Shown here: in pieces, positions 36,792 through 43,316 of the stretch
Layout of the letters: the number at the start of each line of letters is the position of its first letter
Numbering within the stretch: position 1 is the first letter of the stretch
Assembly: GCA_036388655.1 (NCBI GenBank)
Contig: DASVRK010000102.1
Span: 1 to 43,316, forward strand
Length of the DNA: 43,316 nt
Source of the DNA: Allosphingosinicella sp.
GTDB taxonomy: Bacteria > Pseudomonadota > Alphaproteobacteria > Sphingomonadales > Sphingomonadaceae
Direction: 5' to 3'
Position numbers and translations under genes: made by a program
The notes under the pieces: model-generated
What the model was told of the DNA's origin: nothing
What the model saw: only the letters and a program-made list of their open reading frames with translations
The model's database searches: none

Positions 36792-39098
36792 ATGGCGGAT
36801 GAGGAAAAAGAGCCGCAGCGGCTGCAAGTCGCGAACATGCGCCCCGACGATAGCGGCCGCGGCCTCGCCCGGCTGCCGCGCACGGTGATGACCTCGCTCG
36901 GCCTCAGCGAAGGGGACGTGGTCGAGCTGACCGGCAAACGAGCGACGCCGGCCCGCGCGGTGCTCTCCTACCCGGAGGATGACGGGCTCAGCATCATCCG
37001 CCTCGACGGCCTCCAGCGCGCCAATGCCGAGATCGGCTCGGGCGATTTCGTCACCATTCGCAAGACCGAATCGAAGCCCGCGCAGCGCGTCGTGTTCGCG
37101 CCCGCCCAGAAGAATCTGCGCCTGCAGGGCTCGGCCAACGCGCTGAAGCGCAGCTTCGGCATGAAGCCGGTCACCGCCGGGGACATCGTCGCCACTACTG
37201 GCCAGCAGGCGATCAACCGCGGCGACATTCCGCCCGAACTCCGGCAGATGCTGAACGCGCCCGCCTACGCGCTCCAGGAGATCCGGCTGAACGTCGTGTC
37301 GACGACGCCGAAGGGCATCGTCCATATCGACCAGAATACCGAGGTCGAGCTCCGCCCCGAATATACCGAGGCCAAGGACCAGCGCCGCGCCGACGTCACC
37401 TATGACGATCTCGGCGGCATCGGCGCGACCATCGACCAGCTGCGCGAGATGGTCGAACTGCCGCTCCGTTACCCCGAGATATTCGAGCGGCTCGGCGTCG
37501 ATCCGCCGCGCGGCGTCCTCCTTCACGGCCCCCCTGGCACCGGCAAGACCCGGCTTGCCCGCGCCGTCGCCAACGAGAGCGACGCCAATTTCTTCCACAT
37601 CGCCGGCCCCGAGATCATGGGCTCCGCTTATGGCGAGAGCGAGAAGCGGCTCCGCGAGATTTTCCAGGAAGCCGCCAAGGCCGCGCCCTCGATCATCTTC
37701 ATCGACGAGATCGATTCGATCGCGCCCAAGCGCGGCCAGGTCTCGGGCGAGGCCGAGAAACGGCTGGTCGCGCAGCTCCTCACCCTGCTCGACGGGCTCG
37801 AACCGCGCCAGAATCTGGTCGTCATCGCGGCCACCAACCGGCCCGAGGCGATCGACGAGGCGCTGCGGCGGCCCGGCCGCTTCGACCGCGAGATCGTGGT
37901 CGGGGTGCCCGACGAGCGCGGCCGGCGCGAAATTCTCGCCATCCACACCCGCGGCATGCCGCTCGCGGACGGCATCGGCCTCGCCGAGCTCGCGCGCCGC
38001 ACCTACGGTTTCGTCGGGGCGGACCTGGCCGCGCTCACCCGCGAGGCCGCGATCGAGGCGGTGCGGCGGATCATGCCCAAGATCAACCTCGAGGAAGGCA
38101 CCATCCCGGCCGAAGTGCTCGACAACCTCTCGGTCACCCGCGACGATTTCGAGGAAGCGCTGAAGCGCGTCCAGCCCTCGGCCATGCGCGAAGTGATGGT
38201 GCAGATGCCCACCGTCCGCTGGGAGGATATTGGCGGCGTCGACGAGGCCCGCGAGCGGCTGAGGGAAGGGGTCGAGCTCCCGCTGAAGGATCCCGACGCC
38301 TTCCGACGGCTCGGCATCCGCCCGGCCAAGGGATTCCTGCTCTATGGTCCCCCCGGCACCGGCAAGACCCTGCTCGCCAAGGCCTGCGCGCGCGAGGCCG
38401 AGGCCAATTTCATCGCCACCAAATCCTCGGACCTGTTGTCCAAATGGTATGGCGAATCCGAGCAGCAGATCGCGCGCCTGTTCGCCCGCGCCCGCCAGGT
38501 CGCGCCGACCGTGATCTTCATCGACGAGCTCGACAGCCTGGTCCCCGCCCGGGGCGGCGGCATGGGCGAGCCGCAGGTGACCGAGCGCGTCGTCAACACC
38601 ATCCTCGCCGAAATGGACGGGCTCGAGACGCTGCAATCGGTGGTGGTGATCGGCGCCACCAACCGGCCCAACCTGATCGACCCGGCCCTGCTCCGCCCCG
38701 GCCGGTTCGACGAGCTCATCTACGTCTCGGTGCCCGACCGCGCCGGCCGCCGCCGCATCCTTGGCATCCACACCGCCAAGATGCCGGTCGCGGCCGATGT
38801 CGATCTCGACGATCTGGCGGCGCGGACCGAGCGTTTCACCGGCGCGGACCTCGAGGATTTGGTGCGCCGCGCCGGCCTCACCGCGCTGCGCGAAACGCTC
38901 AGCGCGACCATCGTCAACGCCGACCATTTCGAGGCCGCGCTCAAGGAGACCCGCGCCTCGGTGACGCCCGAAATGGAGCGCGATTATGCCGAGATCAAAG
39001 CCAAGCTGAAGCAGGAGGCGATGGGTTCGGGCAATATCGGCTTCATCTCGCCGGGCATGCTCACACCGCGGGGGCCGAAGGGCGGAAACGAACTTTGA
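36792..39098 (+). CDS. CDC48/VAT family AAA+ ATPase
   Basis: N domain (IIRLDGLQRANA); two AAA modules, each with GPPGTGKT, IFIDE(I/L)D and ATNRP...D.ALxRPGRFD. Confidence 0.95.
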   Translation: MADEEKEPQRLQVANMRPDDSGRGLARLPRTVMTSLGLSEGDVVELTGKRATPARAVLSYPEDDGLSIIRLDGLQRANAEIGSGDFVTIRKTESKPAQRVVFAPAQKNLRLQGSANALKRSFGMKPVTAGDIVATTGQQAINRGDIPPELRQMLNAPAYALQEIRLNVVSTTPKGIVHIDQNTEVELRPEYTEAKDQRRADVTYDDLGGIGATIDQLREMVELPLRYPEIFERLGVDPPRGVLLHGPPGTGKTRLARAVANESDANFFHIAGPEIMGSAYGESEKRLREIFQEAAKAAPSIIFIDEIDSIAPKRGQVSGEAEKRLVAQLLTLLDGLEPRQNLVVIAATNRPEAIDEALRRPGRFDREIVVGVPDERGRREILAIHTRGMPLADGIGLAELARRTYGFVGADLAALTREAAIEAVRRIMPKINLEEGTIPAEVLDNLSVTRDDFEEALKRVQPSAMREVMVQMPTVRWEDIGGVDEARERLREGVELPLKDPDAFRRLGIRPAKGFLLYGPPGTGKTLLAKACAREAEANFIATKSSDLLSKWYGESEQQIARLFARARQVAPTVIFIDELDSLVPARGGGMGEPQVTERVVNTILAEMDGLETLQSVVVIGATNRPNLIDPALLRPGRFDELIYVSVPDRAGRRRILGIHTAKMPVAADVDLDDLAARTERFTGADLEDLVRRAGLTALRETLSATIVNADHFEAALKETRASVTPEMERDYAEIKAKLKQEAMGSGNIGFISPGMLTPRGPKGGNEL

Positions 39099-40338
39099 CC
39101 CAGAGCGCGAGGCCGAGCATCAGCGCGCCCGTGACCAGGAAGGGCAGCGGCATCCAGATGCCGTAAAGCGCCACGCCCGCGGCCGGGGCGGCGATGAAGG
39201 CGACGCCGTTCACCGACGTCACCATTCCCGCCACCGCATTCTGCTCGGCTGGCGTTACGGACAGGGAAGCGCCGCTGGTGAAGCCGGGGCGGAAGAAGCC
39301 GAAGCCCAATGAGGCCAAAGCGAAGCCGAGCGTGATCCCGTAAATGCCCTGCGACACCCCGGTCAGCACAACGCCCACCGCGGACAGCAGCGATCCCCAC
39401 ATCACCAGCGCCCGCGGGGCGAGCGCGAATTGCGGGATCAGCCACCATTGGGCGAGCAGGGTCGCGAGCGCGCCGACCATGAGTACCAAGGCGATCCATT
39501 GCTGCGCCTCGTCGAGCGGCAGCTTCAGCCGGTCGATCACCAGGAAGCCGATCACGCCGAGCAGCGCCGCATGGCCATGGCCGCCGACGATGCCGATCAT
39601 GTGCCAGGCCAACACGCGCGGATCGCGCCAGCGCAGCGGCTCCGCCGGCTCGGTCCCCTGAACCGATCCCGGCCCGCCGCCGGCGCCGCCGATCGATGGG
39701 TAATCGGCGACGCGGCCGCGCGCCGGTCCGCTTGGGCTGTCGTCGGGCAGCCGCGTCACCACCGCCACTAGCACCAATGCGCCGATCGCGGCGAACACGA
39801 TGAGCGGACCCGACAGGCCGAGCGGCGGGAAGATGAACAAAGGCGCCAGCGCCGGCCCGACGATGGTGCCGAGCCCGAACGAGGAGGCGATCGCGGCCAG
39901 AGCGGCGGTGCGCTGCTCGCCCTCGGTGCGGGCGGCGACATAGGCCTGGACGGCGGGCGGCGAAGCCGAGCCCCAGCCGCCGTAAATGGCGCGGCCGAGC
40001 ACGAAGATCCAGAACACGATGGTCGGCGGCAGCCATCCCTTGAGCCCCGCCGCCAGCACCGAACCGCAGATCAGCATCGAAATGATGAAGCCGTAAAGCC
40101 CGAGCCGCATCAGCGCGCGCCGGCCGCGCCGGTCCGACAGCCGCGCCCAATGCGGCGCCGTCACCACCCAGATCACCGCCGACAGGCTGAACGCCACCGC
40201 CACCCACAGATCGGGAATGCCGAGCTCCCGGCCGATCGAAGGCATCAGGGATTGCATCGCGGTGTTGCCCGCCGCCGCCACCAGCATGATCGCGAACAGC
40301 AAGGCGAACCGCCCGCGCGAGAGGCTATACCCGCTCAC
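39061..40338 (-). CDS. MFS transporter (TetA/DHA1-like)
   Basis: Motif A WARLSDRRGRR, motif C GTIVGPALA, about 12 TM; 38-nt convergent overlap with cdc48. Confidence 0.9.
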   Translation of the reverse strand: MSGYSLSRGRFALLFAIMLVAAAGNTAMQSLMPSIGRELGIPDLWVAVAFSLSAVIWVVTAPHWARLSDRRGRRALMRLGLYGFIISMLICGSVLAAGLKGWLPPTIVFWIFVLGRAIYGGWGSASPPAVQAYVAARTEGEQRTAALAAIASSFGLGTIVGPALAPLFIFPPLGLSGPLIVFAAIGALVLVAVVTRLPDDSPSGPARGRVADYPSIGGAGGGPGSVQGTEPAEPLRWRDPRVLAWHMIGIVGGHGHAALLGVIGFLVIDRLKLPLDEAQQWIALVLMVGALATLLAQWWLIPQFALAPRALVMWGSLLSAVGVVLTGVSQGIYGITLGFALASLGFGFFRPGFTSGASLSVTPAEQNAVAGMVTSVNGVAFIAAPAAGVALYGIWMPLPFLVTGALMLGLALWVKVRFRPSAPAV

Positions 40339-40362
40339 CGAGCGCCCACGTAAAATGGGTTA

Positions 40363-40376
40363 TTGATCCCAATCAA
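40363..40376. promoter_or_regulatory. FNR/FixK box
   Basis: Perfect TTGAT-CCCA-ATCAA, extending to ATTGAT-N4-ATCAAT. Confidence 0.7.
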
Positions 40377-40523
40377 TGCCATATCGGCCGCTATCGGCTT
40401 CGTCCTTGGAAATCGCGGAAAAGAAGCGGCTCGTCCCGGTTTCGGCCTATTTGGCGGGGCCGAGTGCCTCGCCCTTGCCATTGTGGCGTTGATTTGCCAA
40501 CGCACCTTCGCTGAACCACTGAC

Positions 40524-41153
40524 ATGGAAACGCGCATGACCTTCTCGGCCGAACAAGCACAAAGGGATCGCGCCTTCACGCGCCGCGCGGGAGGCGGGCC
40601 GCTTTGGCAATTCCTGGTCGGCTTCATCAAGCATCCGGTGATGGTGGGGTCGGTGATCCCCTCCTCCAAGGTGCTGATCGACAAGATGCTGGCGCCGGTC
40701 GACTGGGACAATTGCAAGTTGTTCGTCGAATATGGCCCCGGCGTCGGCACCTTCACCCAACAGATTCTCGATCGGCTCGCCCCCGACGCGACCTTGCTGA
40801 CGATCGACACCAACCCGGATTTCACCGATTATCTCAACGGCAAGTTCACCGACAGCCGCCTCGAAGCGGTTACCGGTTCCGCCGCCAGCGTCCGCAAGAT
40901 CATGGCCGACCGGGGCTTCGAGAGCGCCGATTACGTCCTGTCCGGCCTTCCCTTCTCGACCCTTCCTCCCGGCATCGGCCCCAAGATCGCGTCTGAGACC
41001 GCGGCCGCGCTCCGCCCGGGCGGAGCGTTCCTGGTCTATCAATTCTCGCCCAAGGTGCGCGACTTCATCGCGCCGCATTTCGAGCGGATCGACAAGGGCT
41101 TCGAATGGGTCAACATCCCGCCCGCCACGCTGTTCTGGGCCTGGAAGGACTGA
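40524..41153 (+). CDS. class I SAM methyltransferase, rhizobial PmtA-like phospholipid N-methyltransferase family
   Basis: FIKHPVMVGSVIPSS, VEYGPGVGTFT, VLSGLPF, FLVYQF and NIPPA motifs. Confidence 0.85.
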   Translation: METRMTFSAEQAQRDRAFTRRAGGGPLWQFLVGFIKHPVMVGSVIPSSKVLIDKMLAPVDWDNCKLFVEYGPGVGTFTQQILDRLAPDATLLTIDTNPDFTDYLNGKFTDSRLEAVTGSAASVRKIMADRGFESADYVLSGLPFSTLPPGIGPKIASETAAALRPGGAFLVYQFSPKVRDFIAPHFERIDKGFEWVNIPPATLFWAWKD

Positions 41154-41165
41154 CCGACTGCCGCT

Positions 41166-42341
41166 TCAGCGCACGGTGCCGCCGAAATTGAGCCTCCGCG
41201 ACACGTTATAATCCATCGTCGCGATGATGAAGTAGGCGATGCCCCACTTCACCCGGTTCCACCAGGTCCGTTGCCGGCGGTGATACTCGCGCGTGATCTG
41301 CAGGCTGTTGGCGACCTCCCCGTCGATGAAGCGCCGCATAGCCGCCGCGAACGCCGCATCCTCGATCCTCAGCATCATCTCCAGGTTGAGGTAGAGGCTG
41401 CGCATGTCGAAATTGGCCGAGCCGATATGGACGACGTCGTCGATCACGATCAGCTTGGTGTGGAGCTTGGTCGCCTGATATTCGTAAACCTCGACGCCGC
41501 GCCGCAGCAGCCGCGAATAGGTATGGCGGGCGGCGCCGACGGTCGCGCCATTGTCCGACTTGGCGGCCGTCACCACCCGCGCGCAGCCGCGCTCGCCGAT
41601 CCCGTAGATGCGCCGCAGCATGGTCCGGCTCGGCGCGAAATAGGCGGCGATCATGTCGAGCCGGCACGCCCGCAGCATGTCGGCCTTGACCGATTGCGCC
41701 CATGGGCTCAGCCGGCGGGTGGGGCCGCCGTACAGCCAGCGCAGCGGCCCGACATCCTCGCTATGCTGCTTCAGCATGTGCCTGAGCTCGCGAATCCGCC
41801 CCTGCGGCCGCTTGGTCCAGCGCGCCAGCGCGTCGAAATAATGGGCGAGGCACACGACGCCGGGGCCCTCGACGCGAAGCCCGAGGTCGCGCCAGGCGCC
41901 GTCGGCGATGTCGCCGAAATAATCGTCGGAGACGTTGAAGCCGCCGATCAGCACGCAGGTGTCGTCGGCCAGCGCCAATTTCTGGTGGTTGCGCAGCAAA
42001 TAGCGCCGGCCGAGCTTCGGCGCGAACCGGCAGAAATCGACCTTGCCGTCGGTGAGCGGCTGGAAGAAGCTCGCTTTGGCCGAATCCGATCCGAAGCCGT
42101 CGACCAGCAAGGTCACCTTGACCCCGCGCTCGGCGGCGGCGAGCAAGGCATCGCGGACCCGGCGGCCGGAATTGTCGTCGAGGAAGATGTAATAGAGGAT
42201 GCGCAGGCTGCGCTGCGCGCCTTCGATCAGCGCGATCAGCGCCTCCAGGCGCTCAGGGCCGTCCGGCAGCAGGCTCAGCCAATTGTCCTCGACCATCAGC
42301 GCGCCGTCCGGCGCCTGCATCACGGGGTCGTGCTCGGCCAT
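41166..42341 (-). CDS. phospholipase D family, cardiolipin synthase ClsB-like
   Basis: Two HKD motifs: RNHQKLALADD...GGFN and LHTKLIVIDD...GSANFDMRS...NLE. Confidence 0.9.
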   Translation of the reverse strand: MAEHDPVMQAPDGALMVEDNWLSLLPDGPERLEALIALIEGAQRSLRILYYIFLDDNSGRRVRDALLAAAERGVKVTLLVDGFGSDSAKASFFQPLTDGKVDFCRFAPKLGRRYLLRNHQKLALADDTCVLIGGFNVSDDYFGDIADGAWRDLGLRVEGPGVVCLAHYFDALARWTKRPQGRIRELRHMLKQHSEDVGPLRWLYGGPTRRLSPWAQSVKADMLRACRLDMIAAYFAPSRTMLRRIYGIGERGCARVVTAAKSDNGATVGAARHTYSRLLRRGVEVYEYQATKLHTKLIVIDDVVHIGSANFDMRSLYLNLEMMLRIEDAAFAAAMRRFIDGEVANSLQITREYHRRQRTWWNRVKWGIAYFIIATMDYNVSRRLNFGGTVR

Positions 42342-42390
42342 CGCGGACCGATGTAGAGCCGCCCGGCGCGCGCGCAACCCCGCCGGATCA

Positions 42391-42419
42391 TTGACAAGCC
42401 GGGCCCCCGCCCCTACCTG
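42391..42419 (+). promoter_or_regulatory. sigma-70-type promoter of rpoZ
   Basis: TTGACA-N17-TACCTG; lacks -7T, as is common in alphaproteobacteria. Confidence 0.6.
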
Positions 42420-42460
42420 CCGCTCTTCCCATTCAGCCTTGTGACAAGCGGAGCTGCTCC

Positions 42461-42802
42461 ATGGCGCGCGTTACCGTCGAAGATTGCGTCGACAAGATTC
42501 CCAACCGTTTCGACCTCGTGCTGCTCGCCGCGCAGCGCGCCCGCCAGATATCGGGCGGCGCCGACCTCACCATCGATCGCGACCGCGACAAGAACCCGGT
42601 CGTCGCGCTGCGCGAGATCGCCGAGCAGACGGTGAAGTCCAAGCATCTCGAGGAAGCGATGGTCCAGAACCTCCAGCGCGTCCAGATCGACGACGACGAC
42701 GCTCCGGACGAGGTCGGCTCGCTCTCCGCTTCGGCCGAGGCGCTCCGCCTCACCGCCGCCGCGCCGCCGCGCAACACCAATATGGGCGCCGATTACGAGT
42801 GA
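42461..42802 (+). CDS. rpoZ: RNA polymerase omega subunit
   Basis: [30 protein letters not shown]...[12 protein letters not shown]. Confidence 0.97.
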   Translation: MARVTVEDCVDKIPNRFDLVLLAAQRARQISGGADLTIDRDRDKNPVVALREIAEQTVKSKHLEEAMVQNLQRVQIDDDDAPDEVGSLSASAEALRLTAAAPPRNTNMGADYE

Positions 42803-43316
42803 TCGGTGAAGGCGCGCCGCCCGCCGGCCCAGCCTTCCACATCTTCGACACGGCGATCGGCCGCTGCGCCCTCGTCTGGAGGGGCGGCGCGCTGATCGGC
42901 TCGGCGCTGCCGGGCCCGCGCCTTGACGAAAGCCTCGCGCGGCGTTTTCCCGGCGCCGCACCGGCTGACCCACCTCCGTTCGTTCGATCCGCCATCGACC
43001 GCATCGCGGCCCTGCTCGGCGGCGACCGCATCGACTTTGCCGGCATCCCGCTCGATTTGGGCGAGGCCGCGCCGTTCGAGCGCGCCGTCTACGCCGCCGC
43101 CTGCGCGATCCCGGCCGGCGAGGTCCGCACCTATGGCGAGCTCGCCGCGGCGATCGGCACGCCCGGCGCCGCCCGCGCCGTCGGCCGCGCGCTCGGCCGC
43201 AATCCGCTGCCGATCCTCATCCCCTGCCACCGCATCCTGGCCGCGGCCGGCAAGAGCGGCGGCTTCTCCGCCCCGGGCGGCGCCGCCACCAAATTCCGGC
43301 TCCTCGCGCTCGAACG
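42799..43316 (+). CDS. ogt: methylated-DNA--protein-cysteine methyltransferase, 3'-truncated by the window edge
   Basis: Not in the ORF track. GTGA overlap with rpoZ; translates to FDTAIG...[13 protein letters not shown]...[22 protein letters not shown] (PCHR active site). Confidence 0.92.
   Translation, partial: MIGEGAPPAGPAFHIFDTAIGRCALVWRGGALIGSALPGPRLDESLARRFPGAAPADPPPFVRSAIDRIAALLGGDRIDFAGIPLDLGEAAPFERAVYAAACAIPAGEVRTYGELAAAIGTPGAARAVGRALGRNPLPILIPCHRILAAAGKSGGFSAPGGAATKFRLLALE

Overview
GC-rich, gene-dense chromosomal segment of an alphaproteobacterium, most likely a sphingomonad. The gene arrangements sucC-etfB-etfA, helicase-S4-fdxA-carD-GIN-GIN-DUF1489-mgtE-ppi and lysR/sRNA/cdc48 point that way (inference). 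It holds about 45 CDS, mostly core or conserved accessory genes. I see no rRNA, tRNA, CRISPR array, transposase or prophage. The main signals not explained by the ORF track are: (1) a sigma-54-type promoter followed by two unannotated micro-ORFs (34 and 37 aa); (2) a SuhB/MmgR-like sRNA divergent from a LysR gene, carrying an 11-nt seed complementary to that lysR leader; (3) a short NfrB-like processive glycosyltransferase coupled to a probable outer-membrane barrel, followed by TSUP, TIGR02186 and a stand-alone HerA-like ATPase; (4) a bacterial Cdc48/VAT-like ATPase; (5) an orphan, divergent crtY-like gene; (6) CGTC-type REP/REPIN elements, one with a (GGAA)11 microsatellite; (7) readable LexA, FNR/FixK, RpoH and YtrA-like sites. 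All family assignments come from motifs recognised by eye; no database search was run.
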